NCBI GenBank assembly: GCA_037379345.1
Contig: CM074511.1
Span: 14,322,001 to 14,386,000 of the forward strand
DNA from: Perna viridis
Lineage: Eukaryota
Length of the DNA: 64,000 bases
Direction: 5' to 3'
The notes beneath the pieces were generated by a model. That model saw only the letters and a list, made by a program, of their open reading frames with translations, did no database searches and was not told where the DNA came from. The position numbers and the translations under genes are program-made. Shown one piece after another: positions 1-12,125 of this stretch (positions within the stretch are counted from its first letter, which is position 1; each line of letters starts with the position of its first letter).

Positions 1-1084
1 AAAGTGGAAGTAGCCCATGTCAGATAACGTTTATTTTTGTTGAAATTAAAAAAAAAAAGAAAAAAAAAGATTTATTTTCTGGACTGTTGGCCTCACAATA
101 TATGTAATTTTCGATGTAATAATTAAATTTAAAATTAAATTTTAAAATTGCGAAAAAACATGAAGAATTTTAGTTAAAACTATAGTTGTATGTTTTAATA
201 GTACTTGTTATTTGTAGACTGCATAGTAGGTACCGTCCCCAACATAAAGTGACAGTAATACTATTTATTATACTGTAATGTAGCTTAGCAGTTCATGTAT
301 CCATTGTTAAAATGTAATGAAATGTTCATGAGACTGCTTAGCAATTCACATGGTCCTATTTTTATGTAAAACAATACGAAGTATGAATCGCACTGAATGA
401 TAAGCTCTTCATTGACGCCAAATATAGTTTACCTACATGATTAACCATTTGAAATAATTCGACACGCGAAACAATTAGGAAACAAAACAACGAAAAATGA
501 AAATTGCTAGCATGAAGAAAATTCGTAAATGCAGTAGGCGTTCGTAATACTGCGAATTACACGTGCATCCTATAGACAAAACAATAATTGCATGTCCGAG
601 ATCATGTATGAGCATACATAAATGCCGTACAATATGAACACTAAAATCATGGTATACTTGAACATATACGATCAATTTCTTCTGATCTTTTATATTATGC
701 TATACATAGGTAGACAGAAATTATACTATTTTGTTTTAAACACCACCGACGTGTAATCGTTAATTGCACCATTATTCCAAATATAATGTTCTGTAATTGA
801 TCGCATTCTAACATTGATGACTGCCAGTTTCTGAAGAATACTTCTGATATTGATTACTATCCTTATCTCTAAAGTCTCGTTATATTGTACTATTGATAAA
901 GACTTTGTAAACATTATATTGTTTAAACGTCAAAGATATTTTACATGGAAATATATTTACTTGTAGAAAGTGTGATGTGGTGAGTACATATACGATAAAA
1001 GTTGTTACTTTACCTTTTTTGTGAATTTAATTTCTGAAGGAAAAAAACAAACATTGAAGAATAAATGGGCGTTATAACGATATA

Positions 1085-1308
1085 AAAAATCCCAACGATG
1101 TTAGAACTATCAAAGTTGCGAAGCAAATTTTTGGTCGTTCCCTCCGTGGGACTCAAACTCATACCGCTGTGACATCTATGGCACACCGCCTGCAATAAGT
1201 CCAGCGCCCTAGACCACTCAGCAACTCGTACGAGTTCGAGTCGCACGGAGGGAACGACCAAAAATTTACTTAACAAATTTGACAGTTCTAACATCGTTGG
1301 GAATTTTT
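1085..1308 (-). mobile_element. tRNA-derived SINE head (minus, ~1085-1227) plus an inverted truncated copy (plus, ~1232-1308)
   Basis: Minus strand has an A-box-like GCTGAGTGGTCTAGGGCGCTGG (tRNA-Leu-like) and a B-box-like GAGTTTGAGTCCC. 1085-1160 is the near-perfect reverse complement of 1232-1308. Confidence 0.65.
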
Positions 1309-1793
1309 CAGACCCTTCTATGCTTACATTATCTTCCCTGTATCAATTTGATCCGATGGAGCAGTGTAGTGAATAGAGTCGTCACATTCTGAGACGTTTG
1401 TATGTAATATATACATATAAGAAGATCTAAAGTTAGATTAGTTAGCTAATGCAGACCGAACTTGTAAATGTGTTTTTTTATTTTTTTTTTTTTTTTTGTG
1501 TGTTTCAAAACGGTTTTATTTATCATCAAGGAATGACACTATCCGATATCTAGACGGCGTGAAATAAAAACAAACCAAATGAAAGGTGTAAACTTTGTAT
1601 ATAAAAAAGGATAAGCCAAATTGCATGTTGTAGATTGAAACTTTCACCATTACAAATCACTTTGTCTTCATCCTGTTAGGAATAACTACATAAGGCTCAT
1701 TCGTAAGGGATGAAGTTACGATATTTTTGTCAAATCGTAAAGGATAACATATTTTGGTATTAACATTGATTCACTCGTAGGGTCTTTACGTTT

Positions 1794-1970
1794 AATAATT
1801 GTTGATAAACTGGTCAATATCGTGATATTCAGACTGCCCACAGGACAGTGATATTGACTATTGACTAAATCAGCAATAATGACCGGGCAGCACGCGGGGT
1901 CATTATCTCATTCGCTGTCAATACCACTGTCTTCAATATCACGATATTGACCAGTTTATCAACAACTATT
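1794..1970. mobile_element. Hairpin-type MITE / foldback repeat
   Basis: ~36-bp inverted termini (TTGTTGATAAACTGGTCAATATCGTGATATT / AATATCACGATATTGACCAGTTTATCAACAA) with further nested inverted segments inside. Confidence 0.6.
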
Positions 1971-3100
1971 ACGTTTATTTCATTGAGGAACAATATCCTG
2001 GATATTTTCTGTTGTTTCCTGGTCCGGTTTTCTTCGTGGTATTGACTGATGGAAATTCTACCATGGAAGTAGAATGACACACGACCACCTCTTTATCCGG
2101 TTAGAAAATCTGGTTTTTATTTATGAAATAAATATATATGACATAAATTGCGTCCTTATTGTATGACTTACTGATGTACCGCGATTCCCAACCCTTTGGT
2201 ATGAAGGTTTGCTCGTTGTTCATTGAAGACCAATTGGAGGCCTTGGGCTGACATTTTCATCCAGGTGGGTTTGTTGTCTCTTTGACATATACACCATACC
2301 TATTCTCGTTATAATGTTATGGATTTTTCTACTACCTATCATGTGACATTTCTTTTGCAACCACAAATAAGACGATAGAGAAACAAACTTTTAAATAAGA
2401 ACTCGTGTAAATCTTAATATAGGAGTAATCAAGAAAATTCTAAACGTTATTCATTATGTTTTGAAGATGTTTCATGTCCGAATTACAACGGGAGATTTAT
2501 TGTGTTCATAAGGTTGGTTTCCAAAAGTATTAACTTATAAATATTGTTAGTATCGGTTTTTTTTTCACTAAGAAATGAAAATGCATGCTTTTCCCATCCA
2601 TGAAACCATTAAGGTGAAAAGAATAAACACATATGCCCTTGAAAAACACTTCCATAAAGGAATATCAAATAAGAAAATGCAACCCGTTCGCTATCAATGT
2701 GGTACTGTTTATCGTTACGTCATACGGATGAAACAAGTTCCGTTATTCGGAACATGATGACCTTGTCAACATTGCATACAGAGTAACGTGTTGCTGTTTC
2801 AATGAATGAAAGTTCCTTTATTGTTTTCGTATTGCAAGTCAAGTATTATTGATGGGTTTAACAAAGATTTTTAAGAGCACATCTGTCATGTTTTCAGTTG
2901 ATAAATGAACAATAACTAAATGTTTGTTTGTAAACGCTTATATATTTCAGGTGCGTTTGTGTACAGGTGTACTTCATATTTCTATCGGCATAATTTCTAC
3001 TTTCTTTACTTTTTTCCTTTGCAAGTTAAATAATTGTAGAAGGTTTTACTTGGAAATGATCACATTTCAATGCTTTTCTATTACTGCTTGTAGTTAAACT

Positions 3101-5611
3101 ATGTCTGAGTATTGTGTTGGGTTTAAATCCACTCCAAACCTTGACAATGACCCACACGATGAGCTTGAAGAGGAAAGAAGAGAACTGTTAGATAGGTTAT
3201 TACAAATAGAGAGTCTACTAAAATACAGTGAAGGTAAAGTATTACCATACAGACAATTCAGACATTTCCGGTCTCAGTCAAAATAGATATCTTAAAAGAA
3301 AAAAAATTGTTTGAAAAAATGTCTAGATTTAGATATTTGCAAATTTATGCAAATTATATGCGAATCAGTTGCATCATGGTGCTGATGCTGATTGCTATAT
3401 ATAGGATAAAAGTAGGTGATCACGAAGTGGGGTCGATGGGGTGAGGAGGTGGTGGGAGGGTTAGTGTTCATGCGCGGGAAAATGGGTCCGTTGAAAATGA
3501 TCGTTTATGGCGATAATTTGTCATTATTCGCGGGATGGGAGTTCACCCGGGGTAAGACAGGGTCCAAAGTGCAGTTTCCCAAAGCTTGTACCCTCTGATG
3601 GTAATTTCAGTCAAAAAGAGTTCATTAAAGTAGTTAGTGGAAGACCAGGGGTCCTGAAGGGTCACTCATGTGAAAAAAATGAGGATTTTTTTGCAATTGT
3701 TGGTTTTATATTGACCTAAAACCGGAAGTGGTGAGTATAAGGGGTTAATATCGTGGACGTAGTGAGAGACATTATTATTCTATAGGATCCAGGTAAAATG
3801 AATGACTATAGGTCAATTCCGTTGTGATAAGAGGCCCTACCCTTAAATAAATCACAACTTTTTGTGGCCAACTTCACTCGTGTCCACTTGTTCTGCTCTC
3901 AAGTCCCTATTTTTGATAAAACTCTATTCACTCTGCTTGCAAAAGAAAATCAAATTGTGGGTACTGAAAATAACATTGCCAGCACCCAAAAATCGGAAAA
4001 CAGCCCAGACCGTATATATACGGGTCCCGCATGATAAGGATGAAAAAAATCGTTTCGATTAATTTTTGTAGAGACTGAGACCGACTTGCACATACATGTA
4101 TATTGGAGATTATAGCCTTGCTATGAAGATACCTTAGGAAAGAACCTTTATTTTGTCTACTGAGGATGTTGACTTCTTCAAAAGATTAGTATGTTTTTGT
4201 CGAAAGAAATTATGCATAAAAATGTGTAAATGTTTTTCTTTTGATTTTTTTTTTAGCAAAACCAGAACAGACGGAAAATACAGCTTTACTAACAGAGGAA
4301 ATTACTAATGAAAATGATCTGTGTAGCACAACTGCTAATTTGGCCTTTCCATGTCACTCCAGTTTTGAAACCCCTCCTCCACCAATAGATATAGCAATGA
4401 ATGGAAATCAGCTTGAAAAAAGTATTGATGCACTTCCTTCGAAGATTAAAGGTCACAATAGTGTCCTTTCTTATTGTACATTGGCTCATCATAAACCAAT
4501 AACTCTGCCTGAAGTATTGAGTGTCTCTAAACCGCCACATTCACTGGGATATTCATGTTTAAACAAGTATCAACCTGTACCACAAGTTTCAAATGTTGTA
4601 CTCGATCAAACTCAACAAGATATAGCTAATACGGTATGAATTTTTCACAAAACGCGTTGGGTGGAATTCGCGTTTTTCTATCGTTTATCTTATCTTTTTC
4701 TCTTTTTATATATAAAGTGCCGATTTTTCTTCTAGAAAACTTGCTTTAATTGCATTCTGTATTTGTGATAAGATTAACACACTGGGATTGGTAATAGATC
4801 ATGCTCCTTTAAGATATAATTACTTCTTTTCAACAGAAAGAGACTTGTATAGCAATTATCTTTTAAAACGTCTTATAAACACACCTTTAATCATCGACGG
4901 TAGTCAAGGAATACGGTGAAGGAAGGGGACAGGCTAGCGAAGATGAACTTAAGTGTATGTTTCTCAACCGACAAAGAAAGAGGGAAAGGTTATGTTAGAC
5001 ACTAAACTAAAGGAAAAGATTTTAAAACGAAAAGAAGAACACACTGAAATGACATAAGCAATTAACTTTTGTTTTCTACGGTTATTCAATTTGTAAGATT
5101 TTTTACAGGAAGTGAATAATATTATTGTGACAACAAACGAACCAAGACCAGTAAACTGGTTAATTCCAGCAATACTTGCATGTGTGTGCTGTTTTTGGCC
5201 AACTGGTCTTTGTGCTATCTCTGCTGCACACAATGTACGTACAACTTATATAATTGTGTACTTTTAGAGCAACATTCATCGAGTTTTGAAGGAGAGTGCA
5301 TGAATCAATAATTTCATTATATTATAATGAATGTATAAATGTTTTACTTCACTTGCAAAAATAACCAAATATATTGAAGTTAATAAAATCAATAAAAGCA
5401 GAATTCGGTTGATTATTTTTCACTTACAATCACGATAATTAATGCTTATTTTCTTTTGTAGGCCAACAAAGCTGTCAGTATGGGAGACACAGAATCAGCA
5501 AAGGACGAAACATTAGCAGCCAAAATATTGACACTTATATCTGTAGGACTGGGGACAGTTTGTTTAATTGTTGGCTCGCTTTATCAATTTGGACTTTTAA
5601 AATTAAGTTAG
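3101..5611 (+). CDS. CD225/dispanin family (IFITM/PRRT-like) membrane protein, 4 coding exons, ~261 aa
   Basis: Exons 3101-3233, 4257-4633, 5109-5234, 5462-5611 join in phase with GT-AG sites. C-terminus reads RPVNWLIPAILACVCCFWPTGLCAISAAHN-ANKAVSMGDTESAK...LTLISVGLG, the CD225 CC-F/W-P-x-G pattern followed by a TM helix. Confidence 0.85.
3305..4040 (+). mobile_element. Non-autonomous DNA transposon copy (same family as 20482-21265, opposite orientation) in intron 1 of the dispanin gene
   Basis: Colinear reverse-complement similarity to 20500-21250, e.g. GTCTAGATTT...GCATCATGGTGCTGATGC and CCGTATATATA. Confidence 0.75.
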
Positions 5612-6401
5612 TTATGTGATACTTTTAAATTTGCTTCTTTGGGGTCTTGTTGTTGATTAAGTGTGTTGAGCATTTCTGCTGATTAATAATACATAAATAA
5701 ATTGTTCAGTATTAAGTTTGCCTCTTGCTTGATTGTAAACTAGTCCCACACTGCCAGAATAATAACCCTGAAATATTTATCATAAGCACTTTATTGGGAA
5801 AGAAACATATTATCGTAGCATTTGTAATAACACAAACTTTACATCTTGATATATGTGTAAACAGTTTTTCATACAAATTATATGGAACCCCAAATTAACT
5901 TAAATTAAGACAATTATACATATCTTAAAATAATTAAAGATAGGTTAAAGTGATTTATACCTATCTATTTATAACTGAATAAAACCTTTCTTCCACTTAT
6001 TTTAAGATGGGTATGTTTGAGTTATATTTATGTTCAAATCAATTGTACGTAGGTACATATAACTAAACCTATAATCAAAATAATTCGTCTAAGGTTTGAT
6101 TCAACTGTACTAACCTTCCAAAGAATAGAACCCACACAAAAACTAGGCAGTGTGTGAAAAATGATAAATTTTGTTTTTAAAAAAAATCATCCCTTTCATA
6201 ACACAAATGCATCATTTCTCAAACTTGAATTTAGTTTTTGATTAACTGCAACGGTTAAAGAGAAATAAATTACATAGAAAGCCTTGAAATTCATCGAAAA
6301 AGGGAGATAACTCTTTCAATTTGTGCAAAATTTGGTAAGGGATCTTTAAAACTATTTTGTGACCAATCCATTGTCGATTTCAAGAAATCTTTGTACTATT
6401 T

Positions 6402-6402
<1 letters not shown>

Positions 6403-6439
<37 letters not shown>
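6403..6439. repeat. (CA)n microsatellite
   Basis: Directly visible AC run. Confidence 0.95.
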
Positions 6440-6442
<3 letters not shown>

Positions 6443-8772
6443 TTATATATATATCCATTAAAACAAAACCAAAATTCGTGGGATAAAATTGTTATGTGCC
6501 ACCCATATCATAGGAACTGTCTGGTTTCTATATGGGCAATATCTGAAACAAAAAGTACCTTTTTCAAAGAATTAATGAGCTGTTAAACTTATATAGTAGA
6601 TACAACCTGTCTTTTGTTCTATTTGTTTAAGTGTTTGTATTATTCCACGGATTTTTATAGTTCGTTTTATTTTTGTATTTTTCCACCTCTGTCCCAGGTT
6701 AGGGAAATGAGCGCTCACAAACATGGTTAACTCCAACAATACTTTATGAGCCTGTCCCAAGCCAGGAACCATTAATTAAATGATTGCCTTTGTTTTTCAA
6801 GTTTCACCGTGTTACGTTTTTTTCTCTATAAGCTGAGTAAACTGTGAAGCTAATATGATGCAGGTGTAACCTGTAAGAGGACGAAGTTAAAGATATATAT
6901 CGTCTTCAGTTTTACATTAATTAAGCTTTTTTTACTCTCCATAACTTTGTGAAACTTTGAGGTGTGAGCCATTAACATTTTGTATTTATTAAAGAAACGA
7001 AATAAGTAAGATCGTTATTCCGTATTACTGGTTGCTGACTGGGATTTTACTACACAACTTAAGTTATCCATTTGGGTTGCCAGTTTAGGTTACATGTTTA
7101 GGTTGGTTTTAACTTTCTGTCAGACTTATATAAGGCTCCCATTGCTTTTAATGTCAATGGTTAAATTCGTATTGAATACCAGTATGATGACTTCGTCCTC
7201 TACTAAAAGGCGAATCTCTGTATTATAATATACTACAGAAATATGTAGAAAACCTAATAGCGCTATTATATATAGATAATCAAGTTCTTCCACGTGTCCT
7301 TTCATAACAAAAAAAAATACATGGAAGATTTATGTATATACCTTTAGGATTTGACAGTATAGTCATTGCTCTTCGGTTAAGGTACTGTTACATAAAAATG
7401 TTATGGAAAAAAAGACCATTGAATTTCAATACTTACGGATAAGCTATTAAGAGTTCTATTATAAGTACTTGTTTATTTTATTTAGGTAGGTGCAAAAAGC
7501 TGGAATTTCCTCAAACGTTTCGTTATTCTTTTCAAATTTAGGGTACCGTAACATAATTTTAGGTTACATAATATCATTCTATGATTGATGTTCAAGCGGA
7601 ATCTTACCAGATATTTGAAACTAATTAGTGTACGCGACAGGAAAAATATGTACAATTACATTTATTTTATGCATGTATAAGTTTATTTCAGTTCCGAATT
7701 TTACCGGTACGTATATATTCACGCTATGATAGTGACTATTACCAAAACAAAATGTAAATATATGGCGAACAAAATACAACTCTATTGATTTTTCAGTGAT
7801 GTGAAGATTCTTGTACAAAAATGTTTAATTGTTGTACCATCACATGACTTTCCTTATCATCATTCCCCCCTAATTTGAATCACTTCCATTACTCGTAGAT
7901 TCGTAATGTTCTAGAGAAATTTATTTTTATTATCAATAACTTATTAATGTTGAAAAACTAGAACCAATTTATGATCAACGAATAATCCAGTCTTAAGTAA
8001 AAACTATCGTATACGTAGGAAAAGAGAGGTATGTTGGATACGCAGACTAAGTACTGCAATACCTTACATGTGCAATGACAACATCAAAAGTATAGGAAAC
8101 CTTTCTAACCAATATAACAATAGCATAAATGTGATTAATTTATTTGACAAAAATCTAAGACGAAAAAGAAGTCATGGCCATTGCAATTACTCATCTAAGA
8201 TGCATGATGTCTGCATAAATGGTCTTCTTCCTTTCATACAAAAACCTCTTGGACTTCATTATATTCGAACTAAACTCTATTCTATACCTCTCACTCTAGT
8301 ACAAGTCTTAACACTCCTGTTTCTGAACCTACCTCATCATTGTACAGATTTGTTGCCATCTTTTTGGATATTGGTTTCCACAGACTCTTTAAACCAGTTT
8401 GTGTGAAAAGTCAAGATGAAGAAAAACGATCATTTCTTCCACTATCGTTTGTCAACAAAGGTATAGATGCAATTAATTTGGCTAACATCCTTTATCACAA
8501 AAACGTAACCAACAAAATTCCCCCATATTTCAAGAACAAATCAATATTCCCATACTTCACTCATTGCATCCAAACTTTTCTATTATAAAAGGCTATTGTA
8601 GAACCTCGAGATTGAGGACTTCAAGGCTAAACCACCTGACTGTTCTTGCAAAAACTCTCCATTCAAATATGGTCTTTCCGGTCACGTCGTTACGGGAGAT
8701 TTAACCATCATTGAAAACAAATCGCTGCGTAATATCCTTTCATAAGATCCCAAGTACCGTGAAGCACGCTCC

Positions 8773-9910
8773 GGGATCAGGACAAAAGCCCGCCGGACAA
8801 AAGCTCCCCCCCCCCATGAGAAATTATTTTATCTATTATGAATAATATTTCTATTAGTACTGAAAGGGTAAATTTGAAATTTAATTTATAAATTGTTTCT
8901 TTTTAAGACAATATTTTATCAATACAATGATAACAGTTGTGAAATATACACTCTTTATAAAGTAAATATATCTATCATTTTGTTTTCTTTTTAAAAAATT
9001 GTATTACTGGCAGCTTACCTTATTTCATTTATGAAATTTCAAATGATTCTGGTGTTAAAAATACAACATTAAATATAAAATGAGTAAACCCTTAAAAAAA
9101 ACCTTAACATACATTTACTAATAGAATTGAAGAAAAATACACGAACAAAACAAACAAACAAACAAAAATGGGAAAAAAAAACATGCAAAGAAATTGAACC
9201 ATTTTAATACAAACAAAAACTTCCTAAATACGCTGAAAAAAATTTTAAAAAATACACAATTAAGACAAACACAAATAAAAAAAATTTCATTAACATTAAG
9301 CTTATTGTAAGATGGGGGCTATTGTCTGGAGGGCTTTTGTCCTAGGGGGACCCGTGCAGGTCCGGGTGTCAAAAGAACAGGCCTACAGCAGCGCTAAGCT
9401 TGTCGTAAAAGGCGACTAAATAGTGCTCACAACCCTAGCTAGGGCGCTCTGCCTACAGAGCAACTGGGATGTGTGCCCCAGGTGGTGGAATGGGGTACCC
9501 CTGGCGTGTTACATGCTGGAGTTGTCAGGCTATAATACGGAAAACCTGCCCGCAAACCATAGTGGTGGACCGTGTTGGGAGAGATGCCACGTTCCTCGCA
9601 CCTTAAAAAACCCTACTGTGGAATTCTCCCGGAGTAGGAACTATAGGGCTCCGCCACAGGAGGCTAAATTGCCCGACCCTACCCACCTCTCCCTATTTCC
9701 AGTGGCAATCAAAATTTCTCGATCCCATTATCCTTGTGTCCCATCCCATTTTTCATTCCATCAACCACTTCATGGTCATTGCCTGAATATAGCTGAAATA
9801 TTGCTGCTCGGGCGTTAAACCCCAACAAACAAAACAAACAAATTGTCCTAGGGGACTTTTATCCGGAGGGGGGGGTTGTCCGGGGGTGGGGGGCTTATGT
9901 CCTAGACCCC
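8773..9910. mobile_element. Non-autonomous DNA transposon with 8-bp TSD
   Basis: TSD CACGCTCC at 8765-8772 and 9911-9918. Imperfect TIRs GGGATCAGGACAAAAGCCC / GGGCTTATGTCCTAGACCCC with subterminal GGACAAAAGC repeats. Removing it restores KYREARS-INW in the PLE. Confidence 0.85.
9349..9842 (+). mobile_element. SINE-like retroposon (resembles molluscan RUDI-type SINEs) with 12-bp TSD and (CAAA)n tail
   Basis: TSD TTGTCCTAGGGG at 9337-9348 and 9843-9854. 5' GACCCGTG...GCTTGTCGTAAAAGGCGACTAA. 3' ATATTGCTG...GGCGTTAAAC followed by CAAACAAAACAAAC. Family name is from recall. Confidence 0.8.
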
Positions 9911-11759
9911 CACGCTCCATAAATTGGAATTCTAACTTTAAATTTCGTATGGATGCCGTGGAGGACTACGGTAGAAAATGGATAAAACGAGAACAAGAAG
10001 ACATTGATTCTCTGTCAGAGTGGTTTTAGACAGTGAGGTCTTTAATTTTGAAACAAATGGAAGAGATAAGTAGGTCAATGAGTGGCAATGATACATCAGT
10101 TTTCAAAGACGGCGATGTAGCAAAAACATTGTCTACTATACATGACAAATATGTTATCGTACCAGCAGACAAATCCCAGGACAACCTTGTTTTTGTCTGC
10201 AAAACGTTCTATATCCAATGTTTATTATCAGAGATAGACGTGGAAAATAATAGAAGTGATAAGACCTATACTGCTACCACACTCCAAAGAAGAGATTATG
10301 GAAAACTATAAATATGTGCTATCCTCTTTTGGTCTCTCTACCGAAGACGATGATTGTGATTTACCGTCCATGTACTGGATTCCTAAACTTCACAAGAATC
10401 CATACATAAAACGTTACATAGCTGATTTGCAAAATGTACCACCAAACCTCTTTCAAAACTTTTAACTTCTATAATAACAGCTGTCAGGGGTCTCCTGTCT
10501 TACCACAACACTTGTTACTCTCGTAGTGGTATTAATTCAATGTGGATCCTGAAAAATTCGAAAGATCTTCTGGAGACCACCAGTTCAAGACTATTTTCAG
10601 AATATAATAACATTAAAACCTATTATTTTTCCACACTGTATACTTCTTTTCCCCATACTCAGTTAAAATCCCGACTTAAAAACATTATACATCGTCGTTT
10701 TTCAAAAAAATATAGATACAAATATATAGATCTTGGTAGAGATTCTTCCAAATATACATATTAAGTTTTCAAATTGGTGGAATTTTTTTATCGTTAACAT
10801 ATTTGTCCAGTGTTGTGGACGCGTTATTCAACAAACGATCGGCATTCCAACGGGAACAATTTGTGCTCCTTTACTTGCTGACCTAACCCATCACTCTTAT
10901 GAGGCTGGCTGATCTGATCCGAAAGAACATCGTTTAGCAGCTAGATCTTTTAATTTCAGTTTCCGCTATATAGTTGACTTATTTTCTTTAAACAATCCTA
11001 TTTGCGGGGATTGGATACATCGAATCTACCTCAAAGAACTTGAGATAGAGGATGCTACAGACACTGTGAAGTCAGTCTCATAAAGGAAAACTGTTACCAA
11101 ACTTTCAGAATTATCAACTTCCCTTTCATCTGTGGCAACATCCTTTCAGCACCTGCGTATGGAGTTTTCATATCACAACTCATACGTTATGCCAGAGCTT
11201 GCCGTAACTACGGAAACTTTTTGTATCTTCTGGAACAGGGTTATGTTGCTACAAGATTGAAATCATCACTAAAGAAGTTTTATGGTCGTCATCATGAACT
11301 CGCGGATTGTTACTCTTATTGTTCATAACTTACACATCAAGAACACAGTTTGTAGTTGCTTGTTTCCTAACTCTTTTAGTCACACACGCAATATTGCAAC
11401 ACATTCCGTCTTCCTACACATACTTTATAAATAATGTTATTTGCGTTATTTAAAGAGCAAGCTAAGATATGTTAATACTGAAGTGTAAGCTGCATTTCTT
11501 AATGCCATGATATTTATGCTAACATTATTTTGCTCATTTGGAACAGTATGTTTTAGGAAAAGTTCGTGTCTAAATCATGGTAGGCATATTCACTTTTAAA
11601 AATGAATTTATATCTTAAAACAACACGGCAATAATTTGTGATATTCAAATTGGTACCAATCTATTCTAATCGAATCTGTTAATGTTATTGGACAGTGATA
11701 TGAATGTTTTGTTCAAATGACAGTTTTATGCTTGATTTGAGACGAAATAGTCACTTGAG

Positions 11760-12091
11760 TCGTATTTGAGCAGATGGCCTGATTTCACACGTATCTGTAA
11801 GCGCAGGTGTTCTATCTTGCAAATATTTATTTAAGATAGAAAAAAATACTTCCTGAGTATTGTTGGAAAGATCCTAATATTTTAAGTTTGATAATCTGTT
11901 CAACACAACAAATATTATAGTTTTAGAAAAATTAAGCAGATTTTTAAAGTTGATAAATATAAAAGGAAGTCCTCCGGGTTAATCTTCTAAATTCATTAAG
12001 TATTATATTTTTTCACGCATGCATATAATTGTTATACATTATATATATATGTTTCTCTTTAACTATGTACTATGTCGTTTATAAGAATAAA

Positions 12092-12125
<34 letters not shown>
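11760..12125 (+). mobile_element. 3' end fragment of a CR1-group LINE with (CAT)n tail
   Basis: Encodes ...VLEKLSRFLKLINIKGSPPG*. Its 3' UTR aligns with 28900-28978 plus 39345-39454, followed by AATAAA and a CAT repeat. 5' boundary approximate. Confidence 0.75.

Larger units (their letters stand above)
7880..11310 (+). mobile_element. Degenerate Penelope-like retroelement with N-terminal GIY-YIG remnant (Naiad-like), interrupted at 8773-9910
   Basis: GIY-YIG C-terminal-like RKREVCWIRRLSTAIPYMCND lies upstream of RT motifs KYREARSINW, VIVPADKSQDN, LPSMYWIPKLHKNP, MWILKNSKDLL, FSTLYT, GIPTGTICAPLLADL and FRYIVD. Many stops and frameshifts. Confidence 0.85.

Noticed and set aside
1150-1227. Possible tRNA-Leu gene
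   Set aside because: A/B-box-like sequences only; no acceptor stem or cloverleaf, and it continues into a repeat body.
9423-9818. 131-aa ORF in the SINE
   Set aside because: GTG start, no motifs, lies within a GC-richer non-coding retroposon.
8068-10764. Selenocysteine recoding as reported for some Naiad elements
   Set aside because: The copy is too degraded; no TGA at a conserved Cys position and no SECIS could be supported.
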